Assembly: GCA_903831265.1 (NCBI GenBank)
Contig: CAIKXD010000276.1
Span: 21,998 to 85,997 of the forward strand
DNA from: an uncultured Bacteroidota bacterium
Lineage (GTDB): Bacteria > Bacteroidota > Bacteroidia > UBA4408
Direction: 5' to 3'
Length of the DNA: 64,000 nt
Both the position numbers and the translations under genes were made by a program. Each line of letters starts with the position of its first letter. Position 1 is the stretch's first letter. This document shows positions 10,332 through 18,885 of this stretch, piece by piece. The notes under the pieces are model-generated. The model was not told the DNA's origin. It saw only the letters and a list, made by a program, of their open reading frames with translations, and did no database searches.

Positions 10332-11687
10332 CTAGTCGATTTGTTCCTTTTTTATGAAAAGGCACAGTATGCCAGCAATAATCATTAATACACCACCCAA
10401 CACTAACGCATAAACGGCATTGCCTCCAAAAATATATTTTACAATTGGGCCTGAAAATAATGCGCTTACAATTTGAGGCAGTGTGATGAAAAAATTAAAA
10501 ATTCCCATAAAAACTCCCATTCTGTTGGCAGGAATGGCTCCAGATAACATCGAATAAGGCATGGCTAAAATACTGGCCCAAGCAATTCCAATAAATAACA
10601 TGGGAAAAATCATTGCATTTTTATTGGGCATAAAGTACATTAATATTAAACCAATTCCTCCAATAAGCAAAGAAAACATATGTGTTTTTGCATTACCAAT
10701 TTTTCTTGCAATTCTTGGTATAAATAATGCAAAAATTGCAGAAACCCCGTTGTAAATTCCAAATAAAATTCCTACCCAATCGCCTAAATTTTCACTTAAT
10801 AAGAGTTGTGATTTAGCAAAAGTATCATTTGGATTTTTAATTAGTGCCTCTTTAATAATTTCCATAGATGGTAAATCATAAGTATGTTCGCGTAAGGAGG
10901 TAGTGGTATACACCCACATGCAAAATAATCCAAACCAAGAAAAAAACTGAATAACGCCCAATTTCCACATTATTTTGGGTATTCTTAGTTTATCTTTAGT
11001 TTTATCTAACTCAACAATTCCTAATTCTATTCGTTCTTGAGGTGAATATTCCTTAGTTTTAAATATTGTCCATAAAATTGCGGCCATAAAAACAATTGCA
11101 CCAATATAAAATGAGTAAACAACATTGGGTTGCACTTTAACATTGGATAAACTATTTGAAACTCCAAACCAATTTGTAAGAATCCAAGGAAGAAAAGATC
11201 CAATAACTGCTCCAACACCAATTAAAGCCGTTTGTATAGCAAATCCTTTTGTTCCCTGACTTTCCGGCAAATTATCCGCTACAAGTGCCCTAAAAGGCTC
11301 CATTGATATATTAAAGGAAGTATCCATGAGCATTAAGAAAGCAGCGCCTACTAATAACGCAGGAAAAACACCCGTAAACCTGTCTGCATTGGGCAATAAA
11401 ACTAATGCAATGCATGCTAATATTGCACCTGCTAAAAAATAAGGTCTTCTTCTCCCTAATGTTTTAGACCAAGTACGATCACTCCAATATCCAATAATAG
11501 GTTGAACGATCATGCCAGTTAATGGTGCAACAAGCCAAAACCATGACAGACTTTCAACATTTGCCCCATAATCAGTTAAAATACGACTTGCATTACCATT
11601 TTGAAGCGCGAAGCCCATCTGAATTCCTAAGAATCCAAAACTCATATTGAATATTTGCCAGAAACTTAAGCTTTGTTTTTGTTTCAT
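10332..11687 (-). CDS. MFS sugar transporter (maltose/sucrose, MalT/SUC-like GPH family)
   Basis: IFNMSFGFLGIQMGFALQ, SDRTW...GRRRPY, MEPFRA.VAD.LP, GIAWASILAMPY, MGIFNFFI.LPQI. Confidence 0.88.
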   Translation of the reverse strand: MKQKQSLSFWQIFNMSFGFLGIQMGFALQNGNASRILTDYGANVESLSWFWLVAPLTGMIVQPIIGYWSDRTWSKTLGRRRPYFLAGAILACIALVLLPNADRFTGVFPALLVGAAFLMLMDTSFNISMEPFRALVADNLPESQGTKGFAIQTALIGVGAVIGSFLPWILTNWFGVSNSLSNVKVQPNVVYSFYIGAIVFMAAILWTIFKTKEYSPQERIELGIVELDKTKDKLRIPKIMWKLGVIQFFSWFGLFCMWVYTTTSLREHTYDLPSMEIIKEALIKNPNDTFAKSQLLLSENLGDWVGILFGIYNGVSAIFALFIPRIARKIGNAKTHMFSLLIGGIGLILMYFMPNKNAMIFPMLFIGIAWASILAMPYSMLSGAIPANRMGVFMGIFNFFITLPQIVSALFSGPIVKYIFGGNAVYALVLGGVLMIIAGILCLFIKKEQID

Positions 11688-11842
11688 TTTTTAATCTCCT
11701 TTAAAAATTAATCAAGGAGGTAAATGTAATTTTTTTGTGTGTACTTTTTACACTTTAAATATTTTTTTAAAAAAAATGGAGTTCTTTTTTTATTTTTCGA
11801 TGCTAAATCCTTATTATTACCCATTAAAAATGAAAGACTTTT

Positions 11843-12559
11843 ATGTCTGCTAACAAGTTTGAGTTTAAACAATTTGCTATAAGCCAATCAAAATGTGCAA
11901 TGAAAGTAGGCACCGATGCGGTATTGCTTGGTGCTTGGGTAGAAATTAATGAGGCGCAAAACATTTTAGATATTGGCACAGGAACAGGTGTAATTGCCCT
12001 CATGCTTGCTCAAAAAAGTAACGCATCCATTATTGCGCTTGATATAGATGCCATGGCATGCGAACAGTCAAGAGAAAACATTAAAAATTCGCCTTGGCCA
12101 AGCAGCGTTAGTGTATTAAATGAATCGCTTCAGCAATTTGCAGCAGCGCAGCAGGTTAAATTCGATTTAATTGTTAGTAATCCTCCTTTTTTTATTGATG
12201 CCTACAAATCGGCCGAAGAAGCCAGGAACCAAGCAAGACATACAGATCAATTACCTTTTATTGATTTGGTTAAATGCTCTATTCAACTGCTCAATCCCAA
12301 CGGTAGAGTTTGTATTATTTTACCTACCAAAGAAAGTTTAAAATTTAGAGAACTTGCAGCTGCAAATAATCTTTATCTCACAAAAATTACACATGTAAAA
12401 ACAACACAATATAAAGACGAAAAAAGACAACTTTTGCAATTTGAGTTAATCAATAAAAAACTTGTTGAGCAAACCCTTGTTATAGAGCAAGAAGAAAGGC
12501 ATTGTTATAGCCAAGAATATAAAGAACTAACCAAAGATTTTTACTTATCCTTTAAATAA
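11843..12559 (+). CDS. tRNA1(Val) A37 N6-methyltransferase (TrmN6/YfiC family)
   Basis: F.FKQF.I.Q..CAMKVGTDAVLLGAW, LDIGTGTG, SNPPFF, RNQARH. Confidence 0.9.
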   Translation: MSANKFEFKQFAISQSKCAMKVGTDAVLLGAWVEINEAQNILDIGTGTGVIALMLAQKSNASIIALDIDAMACEQSRENIKNSPWPSSVSVLNESLQQFAAAQQVKFDLIVSNPPFFIDAYKSAEEARNQARHTDQLPFIDLVKCSIQLLNPNGRVCIILPTKESLKFRELAAANNLYLTKITHVKTTQYKDEKRQLLQFELINKKLVEQTLVIEQEERHCYSQEYKELTKDFYLSFK

Positions 12560-12582
12560 AATAAATTAAATTCAAATACATA

Positions 12583-15500
12583 ATGACTAAAACTACTAAA
12601 CTACTATTTTTATTTTTATTACTTACTCAATTTAAGGAAGTAAGCGCGCAGGCAGGTGATACCATTACTTTGCAAACATTTACCTTTGGATCGCCACAAG
12701 ATGCGTGGTTTGTTTTTCCATCTGATACAGTAGGCGTTGAAAAGATTTTAATGAAATACACACTTAAGTGTAATCCAGCTCAATCGCCAGCCTGTGGAGA
12801 GTGGGATTATTTAACCTACACTTATTTATACGATCATACCGGTTTAACCGACTCTGCTGTGCAAACGCAGAATAACTTTACTGTGAACGGACAAGCCTTA
12901 CCAAATTTTGCCTACACAAATCAGCCAGCATATAGTTACAGTTCAAATTGGCAATACGGTATAAACTATAGTGATACCACCAGTTTTAATACAGCCACTA
13001 TTGGTACACTTAATCTTCAAAATCAAACTGCAATACAAAGCGCAAACGCTGCTTCTAGAAGTCAGCATCTTTGGACAGCTGCAGAGCTAAGTGCAGCAGG
13101 TTTAACTGCTGGTGAAATTACAGGAATGCAGCTTCAAGTGCTTTCGGCAGGTGGTATTCTTCGCCATTTTACCTTAAAATTTGCATCTACAACTAATTCC
13201 GTTTTAACTACAAATAATATTCAAAACACAGGATTTACAACGGTTTACAATGCAAATACACAACTTGCTAATGGCACAAATTCAGTTGCCTTTACTACGC
13301 CATTTATTTGGGATGGCACTTCAAATATTTTAATTGATATTACATTTGATAATCTTTTTGATGGTGCAAATCAAGTATTAGCTTCGAGTAATACAAGCAG
13401 TATTCAAAGTATTTATAGTGCTGATAAAGACAGATACATGGCACCAAATGCCAATGGATTTGTGAATGTGCCACTCAATAATAGTTTAGCAGCTATCGAT
13501 TCATTAATTACTGTTAGCTTTTGGGCTTATGGCAATCCGGCATCACAACCAAGTAATGGCAGCTGTTTTGAAGCAACGGATTCAGTAGGAAATAGAATTT
13601 TGAATAGTCACACTCCATGGTCGGATAGCAATGTTTATTGGGATGCAGGATTTTCGGGAACTGGTTACGACAGAATAAATAAATTAGCCACTAGTGCCGA
13701 AATTGAAGGCAACTGGAATCATTGGGCATTTATAAAAAATGCCGCTACAGGATCTATGAAAATATATTTGAATGGCACTTTATGGCATACGGGCACCGGC
13801 AAAACTAAACCTTTGAATAATATTCGTAATTTTAAGTTAGGTCGTGGAGTAAGCAATGCCACCGATTCTTATTCAGGTAAGATGGATGATTTTGCAGTAT
13901 TCAATAAAGAACTTGATGCTACCGAAATACAAAGCATCATGTATCAAACTATAGATATGGCCAACCCTTTATATAACAATTTAAGTTTGTATTATCATTT
14001 TAATGAAGGCAATGGCGCTGCCACTGATTTTGCACCGGGCAATCATAATGCAGCATTTTTTCAGAACACCAATAATCCTTTAAAAGATGCTCAGGAATTA
14101 ACAATCAACTTTATGGGTGATACCTTAAGACCAAACATCACTTTTGAGCAAGGTGTGTTTACATCTCAAATTGACTCCACGCTAATAATGGATTCAGTTT
14201 TAGTAGCACCTGTGCAGTTATTGACCTATGCCAATAATGGTTCGCCAACCATTGCAACAGATACAGTTTGGACATGGGCAATGCATTATTATAACTATAT
14301 TTTTGATGCCAATGGAAATGCTATTGACTCTACATTAGCACCAAGCGCAGGTTCATTAACCAATGGTACGTTTAACTATTACTCTTATTTTCCTCAAGTA
14401 ATAAGATATGAATTAGCGCGTTATATCACCCCTTATGGTAACAATTTAAGTTTAGGAAATGGATGGACTTGGACCTTTGATGTAACTGACTACAGAAAAC
14501 TTTTGGCCGACAGTGTGCATTTAACCGCAGGTAACTGGCAAGAATTGCTTGATATGCGATTTGAAATCATTAAAGGTACACCTTCGAGAGATATTATAAG
14601 CATTCAAAATATTTATTCTGGTGGTTATAATTATGGAAATGCTAACGATCCTATTGATAATTACCTGCTTCCTGTAACAGTTAACATTCCAAGCAATGCG
14701 GTAACAGCGCGTTGGAAAAGCAGAATCACCGGACACGGCATGGATACCCCTGAAAACTGTGCAGAATTTTGCCCTAAGAATCATTACTTTAAAGTAAACG
14801 GCACACAACAATTTTCTAAACTTGTATGGAGAGATAATTGTGATGTAAATCCACTTTATCCGCAAGGAGGTACTTGGGTTTACGACCGTTCAAACTGGTG
14901 TCCGGGCGCTGAAGTGTGGACTTATGATTTTGAACTTACCCCATTTATTACACCAGGTGCAGCAGCAGTTTTAGATCATGATGTGCAACCTTACTCAAGT
15001 ACTGGCGGTTGGCATTATTACCAAATAGAAGATCAAATTGTAACATACGGAGCGCCTAACTTTAGCAATGATGCTTCTTTAGAAACCATCTTATCGCCAA
15101 GCAACGATCAAATGTACCAGCGTTTTAATACCATTTGTACCCATCCAAAAATTAAAATTAAAAATAATGGTTCAAATAATTTAACCTCATTAACCATCAC
15201 CTATGGTATGAATGGCGCAACACCTTCGGTATTTAATTGGACAGGCAACTTAAAGTTTGAAGAAAGTGCTGAAGTTACCTTAGGCGAAATGAATTGGGCA
15301 ACTGGAGCAAGCTATTTTACAGTTACCTTAAGCAATCCAAATGGTATAGCTGATCAATACGCCCCAAACAATAGCAGAATAAGTAAATACAATTACCCCG
15401 CTTTAATGCCTGCTAACTTTATTGTAACAGTAAAAACTAATACACGACCTTGGGAAACAGAATATGCACTTAAAGATGCAGCAGGTAACATTGTTTTTGA

Positions 15501-16011
15501 AAGAAATACATTAGATGCAAATACCATTTACAGAGATACTGTAGCATTGGCGCAAGGCTGTTATGAATTTAGATTAATTGATAGTGGAGAAGATGGCTTA
15601 TCATTTTGGGCCAATACAGCACAAGGTAGCGGTTATGCAAGGTTTAATAGCATGACAGGTGGAATAATTAAAACATTTGGCGCTGATTTTGGTGGTGAAA
15701 TTTATCAGCAATTTACGGTAGGCCTAAATAACAGCACGCAAGAATATACTTTTGAAAAAAATCAAGTATTAAGAGCCTATCCAAATCCTACCAACAACTT
15801 ACTTTTTGTAACGCTTGATTTACCGAAGCGTTCGAATGGTGCATTATCAATTATAGATATCATGGGCAATGTCGTATATCAATCAAACATCAATAATAAA
15901 ATTGCTGATAGTTTTGAGATTGACATGAGCCAATATAGTGCAGGTGTTTATCAAGTGATATTGAATACCGATGCCGGTGTTAGTTCACAAAAAGTGATTT
16001 TGGAGAAATAG
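12583..16011 (+). CDS. Secreted peptide-N-glycosidase F-related protein with inserted LamG-like domain and T9SS CTD
   Basis: CGEWDY ... ELARYITPYG, WTFDVTDY, ITGHG..CAEFC, RSNWCPG; LamG WNHWAF..MKIYLNG..GKMDDFAVFNKEL; C-terminal YPNPT...GVYQV. Confidence 0.85.
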   Translation: MTKTTKLLFLFLLLTQFKEVSAQAGDTITLQTFTFGSPQDAWFVFPSDTVGVEKILMKYTLKCNPAQSPACGEWDYLTYTYLYDHTGLTDSAVQTQNNFTVNGQALPNFAYTNQPAYSYSSNWQYGINYSDTTSFNTATIGTLNLQNQTAIQSANAASRSQHLWTAAELSAAGLTAGEITGMQLQVLSAGGILRHFTLKFASTTNSVLTTNNIQNTGFTTVYNANTQLANGTNSVAFTTPFIWDGTSNILIDITFDNLFDGANQVLASSNTSSIQSIYSADKDRYMAPNANGFVNVPLNNSLAAIDSLITVSFWAYGNPASQPSNGSCFEATDSVGNRILNSHTPWSDSNVYWDAGFSGTGYDRINKLATSAEIEGNWNHWAFIKNAATGSMKIYLNGTLWHTGTGKTKPLNNIRNFKLGRGVSNATDSYSGKMDDFAVFNKELDATEIQSIMYQTIDMANPLYNNLSLYYHFNEGNGAATDFAPGNHNAAFFQNTNNPLKDAQELTINFMGDTLRPNITFEQGVFTSQIDSTLIMDSVLVAPVQLLTYANNGSPTIATDTVWTWAMHYYNYIFDANGNAIDSTLAPSAGSLTNGTFNYYSYFPQVIRYELARYITPYGNNLSLGNGWTWTFDVTDYRKLLADSVHLTAGNWQELLDMRFEIIKGTPSRDIISIQNIYSGGYNYGNANDPIDNYLLPVTVNIPSNAVTARWKSRITGHGMDTPENCAEFCPKNHYFKVNGTQQFSKLVWRDNCDVNPLYPQGGTWVYDRSNWCPGAEVWTYDFELTPFITPGAAAVLDHDVQPYSSTGGWHYYQIEDQIVTYGAPNFSNDASLETILSPSNDQMYQRFNTICTHPKIKIKNNGSNNLTSLTITYGMNGATPSVFNWTGNLKFEESAEVTLGEMNWATGASYFTVTLSNPNGIADQYAPNNSRISKYNYPALMPANFIVTVKTNTRPWETEYALKDAAGNIVFERNTLDANTIYRDTVALAQGCYEFRLIDSGEDGLSFWANTAQGSGYARFNSMTGGIIKTFGADFGGEIYQQFTVGLNNSTQEYTFEKNQVLRAYPNPTNNLLFVTLDLPKRSNGALSIIDIMGNVVYQSNINNKIADSFEIDMSQYSAGVYQVILNTDAGVSSQKVILEK

Positions 16012-16030
16012 AAAACATTGAGATTGAATT

Positions 16031-16074
16031 AATCCCATAAACTTTTAAGAAGCTAAAAGTTTATGGGATTTTTT
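16031..16074. terminator. Rho-independent terminator, probably ancestrally shared by the convergent PNGase gene and tsaD
   Basis: AATCCCATAAACTTTTA-agaagc-TAAAAGTTTATGGGATT followed by TTTT. Confidence 0.9.
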
Positions 16075-16106
16075 GTTGGTAAACATCAAACTCCATTCTG
16101 GCATTG
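16067..16106. repeat. Left direct repeat, a copy of the tsaD 3' end
   Basis: GATTTTTTGTTGGTAAACATCAAACTCCATTCTGGCATTG matches 19124-19163 at 39/40; the mismatch turns the tsaD TAA stop into CAA. Confidence 0.92.
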
Positions 16107-16109
16107 CTT

Positions 16110-16132
16110 CGTAAAAGCGAAGCTCTGCTTCG
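16110..16132 (+). repeat. REP element, copy 1 of 3 left copies (others at 16246-16268 and 16364-16386)
   Basis: CGTAAAAG-CGAAGC-tct-GCTTCG: GTAA tetramer at the foot of a 6-bp hairpin. Confidence 0.8.
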
Positions 16133-16149
16133 ATTTCCTTTAATTTAGC

Positions 16150-16169
16150 ATCCCGATATCTATCGGGAT
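16150..16169. repeat. Short palindrome present only in unit 1
   Basis: ATCCCGATA-tc-TATCGGGAT; the central 18 bp stand where units 2 and 3 have AGTT. Confidence 0.8.
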
Positions 16170-16412
16170 CACTTGCGTGGATATAGTTTGGATGTTAATT
16201 TTGAATACCAAATTTTAAAAGATGGCTGAAAGCTATAAAATACTTCGTAAAAGCGAAGCTCTGCTTCGATTTCCTTTAATTTAGCAAGTTTCACTTGCGT
16301 GGATATAGTTTGGATGTTAATTTCGAATACCAAATTTTAAAAGATGTCTGAAAGCTATAAATTCGTAAAAGCGAAGCTCTGCTTCGATTTCTTTAAATTT
16401 AGCAAGTTTCAC

Positions 16413-16443
16413 TTGCGTGGATATGTTTTGAATGCTAATTTTG
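16413..16443 (+). promoter_or_regulatory. RAYT promoter (TTG-N20-TAATTTTG), replicated in the upstream units
   Basis: TTG 16413-16415, TAATTTTG 16436-16443; unit 1 has TAATTTTG at 16196-16203, unit 2 has the variant TAATTTCG. Confidence 0.6.
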
Positions 16444-16458
16444 AATACCAAATTTTAA

Positions 16459-16989
16459 ATGATGTCTGAAAGCTATAAAAGACATGAAGATGGCTTATAC
16501 TTTGTTACTTTTGCTGTTGTAGGCTGGTTAGATGTTTTTACCAGAAGGACTTACCAAGATATTTTTATTGATAGTATTAAGTTCTGTCAAGAAAAAAAAG
16601 GATTAGACATTTATTGCTTTTGTTTGATGCCAAATCATGTTCACTTTATTGCTGATTCTTACGATGGAAGTTTGAGTAATATTTTGCGTTCGTTTAAATC
16701 TCACACAGCCAAAGCGCTGATGGCTGCCATTAAAGAAAACCCACAAAAAAGTAGAAAAGAGTTATTTTTACATCAATTTAATTATTTCGGTAAAAAAAGT
16801 AAAAACAATGAGCATCAATTTTGGAAACATGATAATCATCCATTTTATTTATACAGTAATGAAATGATAGCACAAAAGGTAAATTATATTCATAACAATC
16901 CTGTAGTAGCAGGTTTTGTTAATGAAGCACATGAATGGAGATTGAGCAGCGTAAATCCAAATTTCGAAGTTAAACTTGCTGCACTTTGA
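16459..16989 (+). CDS. REP-associated tyrosine transposase (RAYT/TnpA-REP; IS200/IS605 Y1 HUH superfamily)
   Basis: YFVT, HUH motif MPNHVH, FKSHTAK, FW, catalytic YIHNNPV and W..SS; flanked by inverted REPs. Confidence 0.92.
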   Translation: MMSESYKRHEDGLYFVTFAVVGWLDVFTRRTYQDIFIDSIKFCQEKKGLDIYCFCLMPNHVHFIADSYDGSLSNILRSFKSHTAKALMAAIKENPQKSRKELFLHQFNYFGKKSKNNEHQFWKHDNHPFYLYSNEMIAQKVNYIHNNPVVAGFVNEAHEWRLSSVNPNFEVKLAAL

Positions 16990-17020
16990 AGCCGAGCGAA
17001 GCTCTAACAATTAAAAAACA

Positions 17021-17043
17021 CGAAGCACAGCTTCGCTTTTACG
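17021..17043 (-). repeat. Inverted REP on the right flank of the RAYT
   Basis: CGAAGCACAGCTTCGCTTTTACG is the reverse complement of the left REP with 1 mismatch, in the loop. Confidence 0.88.
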
Positions 17044-17177
17044 CGGGAGGAACGTTACTTACTGGAAATCTTGGTTAAAAGAATAAATCATTACTTTTGA
17101 AGCAACAAAAAACAAAACGAATGAAATAGAATAAAATACAGCCTTTATGGCTGACATATAATATTGCGTTTAGCAAC

Positions 17178-17312
17178 TCCCGAAACTGAAAACTAGGAAT
17201 CTTCGAACAAACGGGGTAAGTGTATAAACGCTCACGCAAGGCGTGGGCTTTATCATTTCCCGTTTGTAGGTATCCTAGTACCTCAGTTTCGGATTGGTAA
17301 TTGTCCCACGCT
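17178..17312 (+). ncRNA. Candidate structured leader/ncRNA upstream of the LamG cargo gene
   Basis: Nested helices: CCGAAACTGA(17180-89)/TCAGTTTCGG(17283-92); ACTAGGA(17192-98)/TCCTAGT(17273-79); ACAAACGGG(17207-15)/CCCGTTTGT(17259-67); GCTCACGC(17230-37)/GCGTGGGC(17241-48); downstream CCCACGC(17305-11) can pair alternatively with GCGTGGG. Confidence 0.65.
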
Positions 17313-17369
17313 GATTTTTTATACTAACTCTACTGAGGGACAGAGTGGAACAAAACAAACTTAAAAAAA

Positions 17370-18743
17370 ATGAAAAAGAAAAGTTTACTTCTAACCGCAG
17401 TAGCAATGCTAGGATTGACTGCTGCAACATTGGCGCAAAATGTGCCAAATTATGTGCCTACAAATGGACTTATTGGTTGGTGGCCGTTTAGTGGCAACGC
17501 CAATGATGAGAGTGGGAATGGGAATAATGGGACGGTTAATGGGGCTATTTTAACTACTGATAGATTCGGTTATATAGGGAAGGCATACAGTTTTGACGGT
17601 TCAGGAGATTCAATAACTACTATACTTCCTGCAATAGGTAATTTTACTTTTAATGGATGGATAAATAGCTCTGCGTTACCAAGCGATTATCCTATTATTT
17701 ACAACTTTAATACAGGCCTGCAAAATAATAGATTACTATTACTGGGAGCAGCATATTCTGCAATAGATCAAGGTAAAATTTTTATAGGCGATGACAATGG
17801 CGTTTCAAATGATTATCAAACTTCCTTCACAGTAAATAATAATAATTGGAGAATGTTATCTGTTGTCTACGATTATAACTCAGCTACTCTTAAATTATTT
17901 GTTGACAATAACTTAATTGTTACAAAAAGCATAATAGGAAATTCAAATTTTGGAGGTAAGATTAAATTTGGAAATGGCTTTTCACAATTTACATCAGGTA
18001 ATCCATTTTATGATAGTAAAGGATATGTTGGTTCAATTGATGATATCGGCATCTGGAATCGTGCCTTAACCCAACAAGAAATAACAGATTTATACAACGC
18101 AGTCAACTGTGCAAACAATGCTACTATTACTCCACAAACCAACACTTTAACAACAGGAAACACCGCAACATTTACAGCTTCAACATCAGACCCCAACCCA
18201 AGCTATTTATGGCAATGCGATTTTGGACAAGGATTTCAAACATTGAATAATTTCGGTAATTATTCAGGAACAAATACAGCCAATTTGAATATTGCAAATA
18301 TTCAGCTTCCGAATCACACCCAACCCATTAGAGTAATTACAACTTCGGTGAACTGTATTGACACATCAAATGTTGCCACAATTTCGATTGCAGACACCTG
18401 TATAAACACAGTAACAGATACAACATTGATTACAGTAACAGACACTTTGCTGATCAATACTAATTTGACAGGTGTAAATCCGCCAAACAATGTAAACACC
18501 ATCAAGATATTTCCTAATCCCGCAAATGATCATATTACCATTAACTATGGTAATTTCTCGGTAATGAACGGCTATCTATTGAAAATTGAAAACGCTATAG
18601 GCCAACAAGTATTTCAAACAAATATTACGCAACAAAGTGATTATTTGAACTTAACAACTTGGGGCGGAAATGGACTTTATTTTGTTCACATTATTAACCC
18701 ACAAGGAAACACAATTGACATTAGAAAAATAGTGCTTCAATAG
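17370..18743 (+). CDS. Secreted LamG-like jellyroll protein with Ig-like segment and T9SS CTD (islet cargo)
   Basis: Signal peptide; VPTNGLIGWWPFSGNANDESGNGNNGTVNGA..TTDRFG, G.IDDIGIWNRALTQQEI, C-terminal IFPNPA...GLYFVHI. Confidence 0.88.
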   Translation: MKKKSLLLTAVAMLGLTAATLAQNVPNYVPTNGLIGWWPFSGNANDESGNGNNGTVNGAILTTDRFGYIGKAYSFDGSGDSITTILPAIGNFTFNGWINSSALPSDYPIIYNFNTGLQNNRLLLLGAAYSAIDQGKIFIGDDNGVSNDYQTSFTVNNNNWRMLSVVYDYNSATLKLFVDNNLIVTKSIIGNSNFGGKIKFGNGFSQFTSGNPFYDSKGYVGSIDDIGIWNRALTQQEITDLYNAVNCANNATITPQTNTLTTGNTATFTASTSDPNPSYLWQCDFGQGFQTLNNFGNYSGTNTANLNIANIQLPNHTQPIRVITTSVNCIDTSNVATISIADTCINTVTDTTLITVTDTLLINTNLTGVNPPNNVNTIKIFPNPANDHITINYGNFSVMNGYLLKIENAIGQQVFQTNITQQSDYLNLTTWGGNGLYFVHIINPQGNTIDIRKIVLQ

Positions 18744-18754
18744 CCTACCTCATA

Positions 18755-18810
18755 ACAGCCAACGCTCCCACCAGCAACATCGCTGGTGGTTAAGCGCTGT
18801 GTTTTTTTTT
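18755..18810 (+). terminator. Probable terminator of the cargo gene
   Basis: CCACCAGC-aacatc-GCTGGTGG core, extendable by CGCT/AGCG, followed by T9 (18802-18810). Confidence 0.65.
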
Positions 18811-18885
18811 AAAATTTAATTAGCAAATCATTAAAGAATTGAGAAAGTATGAGCTGCAAAATTTTTCAGCGCAAGTAAATATTTC

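Larger units (their letters stand above)
16107..16480 (+). repeat. Three tandem ~118-136 bp units of the RAYT 5' module (REP + hairpin + promoter + first ~6 codons)
   Basis: Units start TTCGTAAAAGCGAAGCTCTGCTTCG at 16108, 16244 and 16362; each ends in ATG(G/T)CTGAAAGCTATAAA, i.e. M(A/S)ESYK; the third continues into the RAYT ORF. Confidence 0.95.

Noticed and set aside
16107-16480. Possible CRISPR array (identical 25-bp palindromic repeat x3 next to a nuclease)
   Set aside because: The intervening ~95-110 bp segments are near-identical to one another rather than unique spacers, and there are no cas genes
17178-17312. tRNA or known riboswitch
   Set aside because: No cloverleaf/TTCGA arm arrangement and no recognisable TPP, cobalamin, SAM or FMN consensus
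16459-18743. IS605-type tnpA + tnpB/IscB element with omega-RNA
   Set aside because: The downstream ORF is a secreted LamG protein with no RuvC or zinc-finger motifs, and the Y1 protein has RAYT-type features with inverted REPs
18744-18810. Integron attC site after the cargo gene
   Set aside because: No convincing RYYYAAC...GTTRRRY box pair with matching arms and no integron integrase; the hairpin plus T9 fits a terminator
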